From contig OZ316892.1 of NCBI GenBank assembly GCA_973895155.1, positions 17,226,357 to 17,290,356 on the forward strand: a stretch of DNA of 64,000 nt, in the 5' to 3' direction. Below the pieces are notes generated by a model. That model had not been told where the DNA came from, made no database searches, and saw only the letters and a list, made by a program, of their open reading frames with translations. Shown in pieces: positions 35,943-50,266 of the stretch (positions within the stretch are counted from its first letter, which is position 1; each line of letters starts with the position of its first letter). Both the position numbers and the translations under genes were made by a program. This DNA is from Marsupella aquatica (lineage: Eukaryota > Plantae > Marchantiophyta).

Positions 35943-38857
35943 CATAGACGAACCACGTCAAATTACACCTAACGATAGAGTTCTGCAGGTGAAACTGTGC
36001 GTTTGAAAGAAAACATCATTTTAGAGGTCTTTCCCAGTCGTCTATTTTATACTTTCATGTAAAGCGTTACTGCAAGACCTTGGTAGTCATGTTTGTTTAT
36101 CTCAAGCTTCAGTTTTGCAAATGTTTTTGCATTGCTGTGTCACACGAGTTACGGTTTACGACCCAATATTGTTGTAATTTGAACCAGATTTTTTATGTGG
36201 CTGCGAGTTAGTCTAACAAAGTCCACCCAATCTGAGAGTGCTTTATTCGATACTTCATGCCCAAGGCCGCCTGTTTGATTGACTACACAGGTGCAAGAGG
36301 CGGTTCTCAATGATTGCCACTTACAATTATAGGGTTGCTGAATTTAATTTTAGTTAATCTGTTGTTTTGCTCGAATGTACACCTATTCTGAGGGTTGGGA
36401 AGAACTATTACTAGAAATTGTGAGACGAGTCCTGAATTATTTGTTGTTGAGACAAGCGCATGATCACTCTGTCCTCTTTTAATAGAGGTGTATTAGTTCT
36501 CGACAAAGAATTCCATAGAGCACCTGCAAAACATGAGAGGCTCTCAAGAAAGCACGGAATTTTCAACTTGACCAGCAAATGACTACCCCTTCGGTGTTGA
36601 CTGCATGACCGTCACCCTCACCTGGTGGACATTATAGCATTGAACTTTATCATTGTTTTGGACAAGGGAGAAATAACTGCAATGGTACTCTCCCTCCAGG
36701 TGTCCAGCTTGGCCTCAGGTTTTGACTCTAGACTGTAAGATAGAGGTGGACTTCATCCTTGAAGCTATTGGAAGCCATAGCAAGCGCTGGAGCAATCTCT
36801 TCTTCATCTAAATATCTGCCTCCTTCTGGCCTGTGTCGTGAGATCTAGTACCACCATGAGCAATGTTGTCCGTTCTAACCCAAGCAAGAGGATCTTACAA
36901 CGATCTTATACTGTAAGACCTGGTTGGGCTTCCGTCAAGATTTGGCTCCATTCGAAACTCTCCATTGGTTTAAACTAGTTGTACCTGAAATACTTATGTG
37001 GAGAGGCCAGAAGTTTGGACGACCACTGGCCAGGTAGGATCAGAAAGTGTAGGGGTAAAAATTGTTGGTACCATTGTGGAAAGGCAAATGTGGCCAGCCA
37101 TCTTTGATCAATGATGGAGACTGGTTTTATCATTAATAACAACTAGGGAACTGCTGCCTCTGCTGTTATGAAAAGTCACCTTTAGTCGCAATCTCAATCC
37201 CTTCAAAATGATCAATGTCAGATTTTGATATGCATGTGCAACCACTCTTCACAAAGTTTCAAGCCTTCTTAGGTATCTAATGGCCATTCTTTGATATGAG
37301 ATGCATCCATCATTAATTTTCTTGTGATCAACTAATCCTTGCGAAGTATGTGGCATGAACCTTTCAGGTACTAACAGAATAATACCCCTACAAAGACAGA
37401 GGGACTTGTGTTCCAAAAGTCATATATGCCCGACAAAAACTTTTAGTAGTAGAAGGCTCTTGGTTTAGAAATCCCAGGTCTTGTGTTTAGGACATTGCAT
37501 TCAAAGAACAACGAGGCAGTCAATGAGAACAACATTGAAGCAAGTGTTAGGGACAGAAAGCCCCTACTACTCAGATATTCTTATTGAATTTCTACTAAGC
37601 TTAGGCTCAAGCCTTAAAACCCATGCCTTTGTGTTCAAACACAAGCCCCCCATCCCCTAGGGGATGAACTAATTAAGCACAAGGGCCCTGTGTTCAGGGG
37701 AAGGAAGTAGTGACTGATGGGTTTTGTATGTGAATCCGAGACTCCGACATGCAACCCATGGCTTTGTATTCAAATACAAGGCCAACCTGGGTGTACCACT
37801 TGAGCACAAGGCCCTGTGTGTTCAGAAGAAGACAGTACAGACGGATCAATCACAAGATTGAAGATAATAGTGAGTGAAGGGCTTTGTATCCGGATAAATG
37901 GCCTGGAGCTCAGGGCCAGACAGCACACACTCAAATAAAAGGGGCCTAGAGGTGAGTGGATGAGGTGCTTATCATCAGAAATGAAAGGATGATTTGTAAA
38001 ATGAGAAGTCTGTAGATCAAAGTTCCCTCTTAACATAAACAGTCTGATCGGCAACCATCAGATCAAAATTCTCCCTAGAGAAGAATATGACGACTCCACA
38101 AAACATTTGTTGTTGATAAGATTTCGCTAGGCATCTCACCAATGAAATCAGAAAGACGAAGAAAGTTTGCTTAGACAAACAGATGCGGTGTGGAACGTGA
38201 CCTATATGTATACTTCGCGTTTCAATCGTGAAGTCAGCTACAAAATGAGGTGGGAAGTTCCCAAGCCCAGCAAGAAAGTCAACATTTTGCTTCAATTTAG
38301 GATCCCTTAATATCCATTTGCTAAGATCAAGCCAAAGTGGGATGATCACTAGATCAAAATCTGATACGAAAGCGAATAGGAACATTTGTGTCCTCACACT
38401 TGCATTCATGTCTTATAAAAACAACCTCGCACCGTGACTGTCCACAAATCTCTCCACACTGAAACTTTAAGAAAAAGTCACCTCCGCTGCAGTATCTTCC
38501 TACCTGCAACACAAACACATCTGCCTGAGAGGTATGTAAATTGAATTGGTCTCAACAAGACATTATTCACATGTACCATACTTTGACTCAACAAAGCTAT
38601 GTCTAGTGCAACAAGGTATAAAGCCAAATCGCAGATCAAGTACGTAATGAAACCAAACAGGCGAAATAATATCAAAGCTAGGTCAATAGATAAGTCAAAA
38701 CAGTCAGAAGGAATGTCTTCATACATGATCAGACAGCATGATAAATGACAAGTAGACAAGAAGGGTATTCACATCACCTCTTGACCCTCCTTATTCTTAA
38801 GATCTTCTCATCACCAACTCACCGAGAAAACAGGTCCCTTCAGGAGGTTAATCCTCC

Positions 38858-41800
38858 CTACCGATCAATCTGTTCCACAGTTTGCTGGTCTGTGGAACTG
38901 ATCTCAAGGCTTGGAGGTTGCTTTGTCCCATTTCTGTATTCATGTTGCAGCTCCTCCAATCGCCTCGACACCTGTTCATCACAAAAGCAGGACATCCGCC
39001 ATGACTACTTTAAAAGAGCAGTAGGATGTCACCAGTAATTCCAAGTAAGCATAACTACCCAATGTAATTCCAAGTAAGCATAACTACCCAATGTTTCTAC
39101 GGCAGTCCAGCTCAACGTTCAAAGGTAAAAAGTGCTCATGTCAACATTGCTAGAACGTTATTCATACATTTAAGTCCCCAGCAAGGTCAAATCCATAAGC
39201 AACCCACATACTAAAAGCAAAGTCGGAAAATTATGGGGAGAACAAAGATTGACCTTAATTGAATAGGCCATGGGCAGTAAAGTGTCCGGTTGAAGCGCAT
39301 CTTCTTGAAAGTTGCGCAGAGCATAGACCAGTTTTTCAAATGGCAGCTTCACCTAAATGTAAAAAGCAAATGTCACATTCTCTTCAAACAATCTCTCACT
39401 CATTCCCTTGATACTGTCAGCTCTTAAAGGAAAACATTCCACTGACAAAATGCCTCACTCAACAAACTGCAAAACACACCAAATATAAGGACTTCAAATA
39501 ACTGGATGCACTTCTTGATCTGACAAAATAACCCAATCGGTGCAATATTTGTAACATGTCATACCCACAGGAACAACTGCTCCCCTGGATAAGTCTTGCA
39601 AAGTGGGCCAATGCATTTAATTTGCAGAAACTCGACATTAATACAATGTCTAACATATGTTTTTGCTAAGTTTCTCAGTCATGGGAAACTGCTATCAATC
39701 AAGACACTGATGTCACGTCTGAACCGAGCGACAATCCTTTCTGCATACATGTTAACCACTCACCAGATCATCATGGCAGTATTTGAGTAAAGCTAACCCG
39801 ACTCTGAAAACGATCTTAACACCCTGGATACACCAAGACGACGTACCATCAGCAACATGAACATTGCCGACGAATAATTCAACAACAATCCTCTTCACCA
39901 ACTTGCAGTAGCAACGTAAACAAGGAAATTTCCTATAAATCAGCTTACACAATTGTAATCAAGGCTCATTTTACATCATTTGGGCATTGCTTCCGAATTG
40001 ATGCAACCTCCAAACTCTTGAACTTAGTCAAACGAAATCTCTGGCATCCAAGTGCTGATGTGGATAAGACAGAATGTACAAACCTCATGGAGGAACACGT
40101 CCCATATACGGAGCTCCAAAGAGAAAGGGAAGGAGTACGAAAACACTGTGATAAACCATTGACTGGCGTACATGCTTGGGTTTATTGCTTCTTCTTCAAA
40201 GTGGGCACCCAATCTTGGCAACTGCTCACGGACAAGCCTCTCAAACTGAAAAAGGTACTGTTGAACAAGAGGTAGACCTGCCTGTCTTCACACCACAGAT
40301 GTGAACCAGTTAACCGTATCCATGTATTGATAGCGGCTGATGGATAACACCTGAAATCCACACTTCACACTATGAATGATCTAAGCCAAGACAGCAATTG
40401 CGTTCATGCAAGATCAGCTCAACTATTGAAAGAGCTGTTAAACTAACGTCCTCAATGAAACTCACCAGATAAAGGCCCTCCATCGGGACATGAACTGCAC
40501 CTTTGAGAAGAGCCACTAATAGCCAAAAGGCGTCTTCCTCGCTCATATATAGGAGTAGTAGACCAGCTAGGAAACCCATTCCCTAAAACAACATTCAACA
40601 ATCAACAGTTTTAATAAGATCCTATTACAACAAACAATTCATTCACACAAAGACCATCACCATGAGAAATAGACATCTGTCAAAACCAAATACATTAGTT
40701 TCAAGATCTGTTTCCGTCGTCTTCAACCTCCACACTTGCCCCTTAGGAGAAAGACAGTTTCTATGTATTCCAAACTGCAGGCAGCCAATTCGGGCGCCGT
40801 GAGATTGGATAACAAGATTGGGCTCAGAGATTTATTGCAAATGGGTAAATCTCGTGAAACACTAGCTGAGCTATCTGCGACTTCGATATATTACAAGGAT
40901 TTGTGACTAGTATAAACTAATCTGTGGTAATCTAGAAGAAAAAATGTTCCCAAATGCGTGCCCTGGGTTCCGACCGAGCATAGAAACTTGTTGGTTGGAC
41001 AGAAATCAAATTTGGCCTGACCTCCATTTGCAGTAAGACATCTGCTTAGAAACTGAAAGATATATATCAACAATGGCAGAGGTGTCTTCCATGACCCTAA
41101 TACTCTAGGGCAGAGACACGTCTACTCAAAAACAATTACGGTACAAACTGCTTATTCAGAGGGATAAGACATTTGAAACCCGCGATGCCAAGGCTTGAAC
41201 CCAAACAGACATTTACTAGCAACAATATTATTACCTACATTTCGTACAGAAGTTCTAATGTTTCCGTTCCACTTTGTTTCTACCATATCCCTTGAGGTAG
41301 CGTCTTGAGGACTGCCCCACGCCCCCCACACACACAAAAGAATGCATTCGATTTGTGTCATAGACACTGCACACTTACGACGTCCGATTGTCAGGATTAC
41401 CTGCACATAGCCGACTTCCCGATCGTATACAGAATATGCTTTCAAAACGTTATATAGAGAACGCTGTCCAGGCCCGTGCCTTTGCTGAAAGTAGACATGT
41501 GATGGGAAAGTTCGCGAGATATCTCGGATAATATCTAACTCCGCAGCTGAGGTTTCGTACACCACCAATTGCTGTCACATTGACCAAACCCAAACCACAA
41601 CCGGATACATTCCTCAATTAGTACTATAATAGAATCCATAAACTTCCCCTAAACTATTGATGAGGGATACTAACTTCAGAATCCATGAGTATAATAACAA
41701 ATAGAAACAGCCTTAGGAAAGAACTGATTCGACACGCGTGTACAAAATGCTCAAGAAGGTGACATGGTAAACTGATGAAACCCAGGATGTCTGACTGTAA

Positions 41801-42574
41801 ATCGGAAGTGTCAAATGTCCATACATTAGAGAGCAAAACTGGAAGGCAGCAATGTCATCCAATATTCTCACAGGTTCGATGCTCATTTGATTCACATCAC
41901 ATAAAAATTACTAAACACGGACCACAATTACGAATCATCAACGGCTTCACTTCTGAGTACGTAGTCCTTGATGTGGACGAGCTTAAACCTACTTGGTATA
42001 CCCCTTGATTCATGAGCAAGAGATCTCGACTTCCGGATATGAGCTGCCAGACAAGGCCTCTGAGACAGTCCGGAATTCCCTTTCGGATGCGGCGTTTCAC
42101 AACATGCGGTTTTCGCCGAAGGTAATGCTTCCAATCCGTACCTCCAGTACCTATCATCTTCCGCCATTTCTGCAACCTTCGCTCTTCTCTGTGGAGGTGA
42201 AACAGATATCCCATACACGGAACCATCAATGCTCTGCTTTGCACCTAGAGTGCTCATGGACTTAGAGAGTGTGTCATCAACAAACTTGACAGCATGTGCT
42301 GGACTCGTAAAATGATTGTTACAATGCATACCTCACAAACACTCCAATGACAGCTGCAAAACACGTCAGGAAAGGTATCGAATGAGACAACGAAGAGGAC
42401 ATACCTATTACGATCACTTTGAGGCTTGAATTTGATCGACACATCTGAAGGAGAATCTGCGATCTTTAAGAAGCCATAGCGATCCACGGGTCGGAGGGGA
42501 GGAACCGGTCCAGGTTCAAACTCAATATCTTCCACCCGCTTCTCCCTCTGAGAACTGCTCTCGGTCCCATTCAT
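38858..42574 (-). CDS. TBC-domain Rab GTPase-activating protein (EVI5-like, plant PAM1-like), 8 coding exons, ~374 aa
   Basis: Exons 42405-42574, 41993-42188, 41401-41571, 40466-40582, 40084-40281, 39764-39823, 39254-39352 and 38858-38971 join in frame. Motifs IRKGIPDCLRGLVW, IIRDISRTF (R finger), GYVQGMGF (Q finger), YASQWFITVF and LRIWDVFL are present. Confidence 0.95.
39035..39092. repeat. Perfect 29-bp tandem duplication in the last coding-region intron of the TBC gene
   Basis: gtaattccaagtaagcataactacccaat x2. Confidence 0.95.
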
Positions 42575-44280
42575 AATCCGCAACCCTCAAATTCCTGCTA
42601 ATCCGCTTGTATACTACCACACTTCAGCATTGGCACCGGGACAGGTTATTAAGTTGCCCCACAAGAATAAGTTACGACCAATATCGAACAAAAACTATTC
42701 CGTGCCCTAAGTTTTCAACGAACGTAAACTGTAATGGTCCCCTGCTGTGCGAGCAGGAACTGAATCCTCTCGGAAATTCTTCTACGATTCATGTCACTCG
42801 TCCTCCGTCATGTCACCAATGACATGAACACTAGAAATGATGGAACGGCAGTTTGTTAGAAAGTAGGGCAACGCTCAATTCTCTGTCCCTTAAACCATGG
42901 CCTTCACTGCCGCACAGGAAACAAACATTCCTGTACCACAGGCAGTTCCGACCCTGTTGATTCAGCGGCAATGCAAATCAATTGGAGCTCATTTTACCCC
43001 TTCCTTTGAATGCGGTCCGGCAGTTTGGCCCTCTTGGAGCTATCAGCGCCCGGAACCATCAGATCGACGAAAAGAAGCTCAGACAAAATGCAAAAGCTCA
43101 ACGACTTACTACGCCTGCAACAAGTACGTCAAGAGGAGTAATGACTCCAACTCCAGACCTCCGCTCGGAGTAATGAGAACGCCAAACACCCCGTTCTCCC
43201 CCTGTACAGTCGTAGTACAGTACTAGTAGCAGTACAGTAATGAAAACCGGATCCGCAAAGGAATGTGAGAAACTGAGAATGGAATGTCGCTCTGAATTAT
43301 TATCCAGCGAGGTCAAACGAAATACTCATCATCAGACACGCGAGCGTGTGGATGGAGGATGCCTGGATGCGCTTCGGACGCTGACCAGGTCGCACACAGA
43401 CTTACAGAGTATTTCATTCCCGATCTCAGCAGACACAGACAATTTCAGATCCTCCAGAAACCGAGCTCCGAGCACGAGAGTCCGCAGGAACAGGCCAGAC
43501 CAGCAGAGAGAGCGGCAGCGGACCAGAAGTAGCACTGCCGCAATTCCAGGACTGCCATTATTATTCCTTTCAGCATTTTCCTGCGGAAAAACTTGCCTTT
43601 CTCGTGCACATTAGCAAACGCAGAGTCAGGTTCTCTCACTTTCTAGATTCGTCGAGCGTATACCTCTCGCTCATTACTAATTTGCCGCCCCAATCTCTCC
43701 GCTGTACTCCTCTGTTCTTGGATATTATAGTGTTGCGATTGTTGCCACTCGAATACTCGATCGATCTTCCCCCCCCCACCCACTCGATCTACAGTTGGGC
43801 TCCAGTTCTTGGAAAGACCGTAACAGGGTACTTGTTTAAGGGTTTTTTTAGTTCACCAGGGGTGCTAGTGCATACAGCAGGTTTTTTTTATTGAACCCAG
43901 TTTTTGTCATATGAAATCTGTATGATGGAGAAGAGAGTGAGGGGGCTTTTACTAGAATTAGTGACAAACAAACACCAGTAAGTTCCAAGAGTTTGCTCCA
44001 ATCTAGATTTCATCTGAACGGTTCACATCAAGTGACCAGTCTATTTTGACTTTCAACAAGATTGAGAGATCACTTTGTGCAAGATAGCCCCCAATTCTAC
44101 AAGGATTCCTCCCAATCCTACGTGGACTCTAGTGGGTTCCCCAAAATGCTTATGGGGACAATTCTGGCCAAAGTTTAGATCACTTCAATATTCTGAAAAT
44201 ATCTACAACAGTAGTCTCTTCTCATTCTGTCAGTACTTTATTAAACCCAAAGCGTGACCACCTTTTTGGGTAACGAGGCA

Positions 44281-44448
44281 GCCTTGCGGGATTTGCTTGA
44301 ATGGACCCCAAAATGAAGCGTGTTACTTGATAGGACTTTGAGTGGTCCAGACTGTTGATTGACCTTGAATCAACGTACCCAAAACTTCAAGGGTCCTATC
44401 AAGTAAAACAATTCATTTTGGGGTCACATCAAACAAATCCCCGGAGGC
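44281..44448. mobile_element. Fold-back/MITE-like inverted repeat (~168 bp) upstream of the TBC gene
   Basis: gggatttgcttgaatggaccccaaaatgaagcgtgttacttgataggactttga pairs with tcaagggtcctatcaagtaaaacaattcattttggggtcacatcaaacaaatccc, and inner gttgatt pairs with aatcaac. Confidence 0.75.
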
Positions 44449-45210
44449 ACCTAAACAAACCTGTATCAGGTATGGTGAAGTGAGAGTGCCTTGTCATTCT
44501 TGGCATGGTCTTTTTTGTAAAGGGGCCCTGGGAAATTGAAGTAGTAGCTTGGATGGACACAAAGGTCTGACTTGAATTTGCTAAAGGTCGCTACTGAAAT
44601 TAGGGTGGCTACTGATATTTTGTGTGAAATAAATGATAGCAACAAATTGAAGTGGGAGTTTGGATGGACACAAAGGTTTGACACTACTACTCAAAGACAA
44701 ACTTTACTGTGTCACTATAATTCCTCGAACCTTATAGTTTTATGATATAGAAGTCTACAAAATTATATACATGGCAACCAAGAGAACCCGACTCCTTTAG
44801 TTGATGACAAGAAAGGCTGCTTAATGGACAGGATACTCGAGGAATCCACTCATAACCTTTTACCAGTCAACCTTGTCTAACTGGACCATTCTCCAAACTG
44901 GTTGAAATTACCAACCTATCCCAAAAAATAATTAATTCTCAGCTTGCCCACCATTTCATATAGGGGTTGGAGTTAGTTGAATATACTACCCCGGATGGCA
45001 GGCTATTGGTTTGAAGACACATAGAGGCTTGTTATTTGCTAGTGCTGACCCCGTACCCCGTGACCGTATTTTTGCCCGCAACTAGGGTTCCCCCATCAAC
45101 ACTCACCAGAATGTGGGTGTCAACTATTGTCTACAAACAAAAACTACTGCAAATTGGTATCCCTCATTTCCCCCTGCATTTCCCTCACTTTCGCAATTGA
45201 AGGGGATTAA

Positions 45211-45561
45211 TGTTGGACATTTACTCTCGGGTCTAGAGTTACTTTTCAACCATATTCAGTCTAATCATAGTCAAGCAGTTGGTCAAGGTTAGATGTGCCA
45301 CTGGCACAATTTAGCTTGTGCTGGAACTTATACTCGTTGTTAGTACGGAGACATGAACTGTAAGAGATACAGAGAGCATATTCTATAGAGAATCGATATG
45401 GTTGATGAACTTAGAGTTTAGTAAAGCTCTCTTGCATGTTCACCTAGAGGCAGCCTCTGGAAAGGTGAAACACATATCTCTTGTGTCAATTACTTGTGTG
45501 TTTGTTGGATATTGCATATGTACATGCTATCTTCAGGTTGCGGTAAGTTGTGTACTCAAGA
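45211..45561 (+). mobile_element. Diverged solo LTR related to the Copia LTRs at 26.2 and 32.5 kb
   Basis: Starts tgttggacatttactctcgggtctagagttac (cf. tgttaggatttactcttaggtctagagttac). It shares agtaaagctct and ggtgaa.cacatatctc, ends ctcaaga, and has the same ~350-bp length. TSD not clean. Confidence 0.8.
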
Positions 45562-45579
45562 GTTACGTTGGACAAATTA

Positions 45580-47700
45580 TGAGCCTCCAAGTATCCCCTC
45601 ATCAATCAATGTTACTGCTCAAGCTAAAGTTCTTTGTGTCTGGATTTTAAAATTGGGTCATCCAAGTTGGTTCTTGCCCCTTGCAATCTTTGATTATTTT
45701 GCATTCAGCAAGTTTTATTCAGTTTGTTCGGCCCTCCATCATTTCTCCAGTCTTCCTTTGCGTCATAGTCTTTGTATGCTTGTTCTCTACTTGGTAGAAA
45801 CTGACACTCTCTTCTAATTGTATCCCACCCAAAGTTTCTTCTTTGTTAGACCATCTCTTGATTCAAAATAATACCCCTCACTGGAACTTGGGGGCCTTTT
45901 GTTGTTGGCTCTATGGTCTGGGTTCCTTTTGCCCATTGAATGCTCTTTTGCCGTTTGGCCTGGTGGATCCCCCAGGACTCACGCGGATTCAAAATTCAAA
46001 ACAATATTCATATTTGTTTTTGTGACAAAGACAGATAACTACGAAGTAAATAGAGTATCAACTCGATAGCTTTGGGAATAGTTTTCTAAAGATAGAAGAC
46101 AAAAGTAGTTAGTGGAAATCTGAGTCAATATTCGGGTGTGGGCTTATAGCAGTTTTCATCGCAGGGAATGTGGCCACGATATTCAATCTGATCGACTCTC
46201 TCTAAGATCCAACTTCCACTGGGCTGGCTATTTGGTCTGTTGGGCTCTGGAATATTTGGTTGGATGGATGGGTCGATTACTCCCTGGCTACAGACTATTC
46301 TCTCTCCCTGCCTACAGCCTACTCTCTCTCCCATGGGGACGCATTGGCAATCAGGCACATCTTTCCGGAGATCCAATTCACTACTGACAAGCAAGCAAGG
46401 GCCCACCTATCTTGGATCTGCTCATATATTCCTCATATTCTATCCATCTCATCCATTATTCTGTTGATGCTCCAAGTAAGACTCACTAGTCCTCACCTCG
46501 GGATTACCTTTTGCTACCCACATGATATTGGGAAGACTGTTGTCTTGCGAAGATGAAGTGCATCCACTGGGGAATATCAACTATATTTCTTCATACGGGG
46601 AGACCAATGTATTTGGGGGATGATTGAAGGTGGGTTCTGTGATGGGAGGGAGTGAATATTGGTGATCAATTTACGGCTCCTCCCCTCGGTCTTTTGGCAA
46701 CTCAAAACAATGTGTGTGGCTCGTCCTCAGATTGGCGGACCCAATGGGACTTCTTCGGCCCATTTAATCATTCTTTTCTTGGGGTTATCATGGTGCTGAG
46801 TTCTCTCAGTGGAGAAAGGAGGTTTTTGTGTGGTCAGCCAGAGGAGGAAGGAGCTTGGTTGGCAATCAATTAGTTGGATGTATGGCTGATTCCATGTTGT
46901 TTGTTTGTTGCTTCTGGCTTATGCTGGTTATTGGTTAGTTTTAGGTACTCTCTGCCATCTGACCTTGTTTGGTCCTCTCCTTCCACTTTTGACTTGCCCC
47001 CCTCCCTGGCAACAGTCTGGTTGGGCAGATCCTCCATTTTCTTAATAATTAGTTTAGGTTCTCTATGCAAACAGGCTTTGTTTGGTCCCCTCCCATTTTT
47101 GGCTTGCCCCTCTCTCTAGCAGTCTCGTTGGGCGGATCCTCCTTTTCTCTGGGTGTGCTACCTCTCATTTGCCCCCATTAATTGCTTCTTTGTCCCTTGC
47201 CTCCTCCTTTCAGGCAGTTGGCTTATTTTTCCGCCCGGGTCTCCCGGTAATAAAGTTTTGGGGTCATCCCCTTAAAAAAACCCACAAACAAAAAAAAACA
47301 AAACAATATTGCTCAAATCTAGCTGTGGACTTCCATTTCAAACCTTTAATTCTCACATCCCAACTCCCACATCCCTTCACCTTGTCTTATCTCAAGTTTC
47401 AGCTATCATCTCTCATGCGTCATCTGGCCCACTAATTTTTGCCACTATCCTTTTCCCTTCTGAATTCATAGTTGGACACCAGTTTCAATTCCTCTCAACA
47501 ACCTGGTCAATTTTTTCATGTTTTTCCTTCAGTGTTTGCTCATGGCTTGTCCTACAATTGGCATCAACCACTGTGCACCAGTCTCATCTTTGGCTTGATG
47601 TATTAGATACTGGGCTGGTCCCTGGTCCATGTGCTATGCACACTCAGCACTATCAATGATTTCCATAGACTCTTGAGTTTCTTTTGTGTCAGAAAAAAGG
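45580..47700 (+). mobile_element. Possible highly decayed L1/LINE ORF2 3' remnant
   Basis: INVTAQAKVLCVWILKL resembles the post-RT L1 motif (i.....A....W+.+l), within CT-rich, W-rich broken frames. No clear RT core is seen. Confidence 0.3.
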
Positions 47701-48294
47701 TTTGGATAGAGATCCTTTCTGAGCTTATGACTTCAAGATATAGTAAAAAATCATTTGTGCTCATGCCTTTTCTTTCAACTTAGTTTGCTCCCCATTTTCC
47801 AAGCTTCCCCTCCTCTTTGCACCCACATAACTTTTGTGTGTCCTCCTCACTCACCCAACTGTTGGCTGCTATCTCTTTTAACTCGCCTCCCCACGCACTG
47901 GACCCCTGTCCTTTTTTTCAAATCTCCTCCTGCTGCATCAGTCTTTGTGTTCCTTCAACTCTCCTCCCTATGTGATCATCTTCAGCCTTCCCTTCAATTC
48001 ACCTCCTCCCAAACCAATGAAAATATAAAATAATAAATTGATGCCATAACCATTCTTTTAGTGACCAACACAAACACCTTGTATTTTATATTCCTGTGCA
48101 GTGTAACTTATCAAACATGACCAAGGCACAGTACCTAGAGGATTTTTAATAAAGCAAAGAGAATCAACCTATGCAAATATATCACACTCCCAAAGAACAA
48201 GAGTGTTAAACCCCATACAAGAAGAAACCCATACCTAAGCCTCCCCATACCTTAGCCTCTAGTCCCAAGGTTGGCCAACAGACTGTTAGATATT

Positions 48295-48746
48295 GCTCTG
48301 ATACCACTTATGCTCAACACAAACCTATCAGTCAGGCACTAGATCTAAAGGTAAGCTAATACAAACTCTGTGACATCAGGTGAAGTTGTACACACCAGAA
48401 CCAGCAAGCAATCATAGCAGCTTAAGTTTACAGCCAAGCTGATGTAGGACAATTCCATAAAACACATTACTTCACATAATGGGGACATAACAGTTTGTGA
48501 GAAATTTGTGGATCTGGTCCGCCCACCCCAAACATGTGACAACATTTCTCTTTACAAAATGAGGGAGGCACTAACTTTAGGACTTGGGGATTGGATTGGG
48601 TCCATATTTAGGCTTAAAAATGGAAACTTTCTGCCAAAGATTAGACCACATCTAAAGTTCTAAGGAGGTCCAAAGTTCTGTTTACTGGGCCATGTAGAGC
48701 TCAAATGGGCCCCACTACAACTCAGACTAGTTTGGTGTTGATAACA
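48295..48746 (-). mobile_element. LTR remnant with adjacent tRNA-Met PBS
   Basis: GCTCTGATACCA (48295-48306) is the reverse complement of the PBS. The adjacent ~435-bp segment is bounded by imperfect inverted ends (tgctcaacacaaac ... gtttggtgttgataaca). Confidence 0.55.
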
Positions 48747-48947
48747 GTTGGGTTAGGTTTAGAAACTTTGGCTCAAATTCTGTCAGTGGTTATGTAGTGT
48801 GCCTCTTCTGTGCAAATTATAGTGTGTTAGTTTGTTGGGAGCCTACTCCTGGTTACTTTGTCTTATTGAGATTTTTGTTGCATATTTTGTTACAATTTAC
48901 CTTTGCACTGGTTCTAATTTCCTTTTTCTAGACCCCCTCTTTAGACA

Positions 48948-49245
48948 CTCGGGGGTCTCACTATATGGAGGCCTCCCCATTACCTGCAATGCTGTTAGGT
49001 CTTGGATCCCCTAAAAATGTAAGAAACGCAAAATATTTTTTGACCCCTATAAAGTTAGAATTTTCTTGGAATATTCCAAAATTTGATTAAAAATACTCTA
49101 ATGGACTTATAAGTCTCAAAATTGGATTTAAAAGACTCTATTGTTATAAAGAGAAAATATTAAAGTTTTCCCTTAGAACCAATAAAAATGACCCTATTCT
49201 TCATCACATGTGATGTGTCAATTTGGTTGAAATGAAACCCCTGAG
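48948..49245. mobile_element. MITE (298 bp), CTCGGGGG-ended family, perfect 8-bp TSD TTTAGACA
   Basis: Ends CTCGGGGGTCTCACTATATGGAGG ... GAAATGAAACCCCTGAG, with TSD at 48940-48947 and 49246-49253. Shares cactatatggagg and gtgatgtgtca with the MITE at 27888. Confidence 0.9.
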
Positions 49246-49839
49246 TTTAGACACATTATTTTTGAATCTTGCCAATTTTTTGTTTAAATATGTTATTTTT
49301 GTTTTTAAATCAAACACCCAACAAGGGATCCCGCCAAATCCATCCCATAATCAGTTACAAATTTGAAAAAGAGAGGAACAATATTTGCCACGAGATGTTG
49401 CCCAGGGTTATTTGAGACTCTTGAATAGACTGAAATGGGTCCCAAAATTGGTATCCAAGATTGTTTTTACAACAAGGTACAAGGTATGGGGTACAAGGTA
49501 TAATACATGTCCTAGATACATGACTGCTAGCTATATGCTATAGAGGGTGCATTGAGTACTTTTTGGCAACATTAAAGAAAACTATTGACCTAGATGAAGG
49601 TATATGGCATGGGTAGCAAAAAGGAAGTAGATTGGCATCAGGAAGGGTTTTGGCTTTTTGCTTTTGAGAATGAATTTTTCATTTTTTGGAGTATATATTG
49701 TCTTTGGTTCCCCTTTTTTCTCTCTTTTTTAGTGATGTTGGAGGGAAGAAAGGGGGAAGGGGTGGGACAAAGGCAGTGGGAGGAGGGCATGGGGGAGAGG
49801 GGTGGGGACATAGGGAGGCAAAAACACTCCCCTATAGCA

Positions 49840-50266
49840 TTGCGCAACCCCACCTGGACCCCACAATGCCCATACATTCTTGACCGTCTTTCGTCCCTCC
49901 ACGTGCCTTGGCCTCCCCAACAACATCACTTTCACAAAAATAACATTGACTAAATTGACAACATTGTCGTACCAACAACCATGCACCCAACCACACTTCC
50001 ACAACCATTACACAACTACATAGATGACAACCACTATGACAACCCAATTGAAATGACACAGCTGTAGTGACAACCCGACCACAAGCACAACAGAGTTGCA
50101 ATGATACTCATGCAATGCATGGACATAGGGCTCAAAACTTCACCTTGCCTCCACAACACTTCTTTTGTCAGTGACTTCCTCCACTACATTGTTTGCAAAA
50201 TGACATATTTTCCACATTATCTTTTGTGCAATGACATCTTTGTGCAACACACAAGTATTGAGCTAG
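49840..50266 (+). mobile_element. Helitron 3' end (decayed; 5' limit uncertain)
   Basis: catctttgtgcaacacacaagtattgagCTAG|T: subterminal hairpin plus CTAG, near-identical to the end at 55750. Confidence 0.65.

Noticed and set aside
9013-42574. Functional clustering of trafficking genes (GRIP golgin, TBC RabGAP, TGD5)
   Set aside because: They are separated by ~14 kb of transposons, lie in mixed orientation and act in different compartments. Nothing suggests more than chance adjacency.
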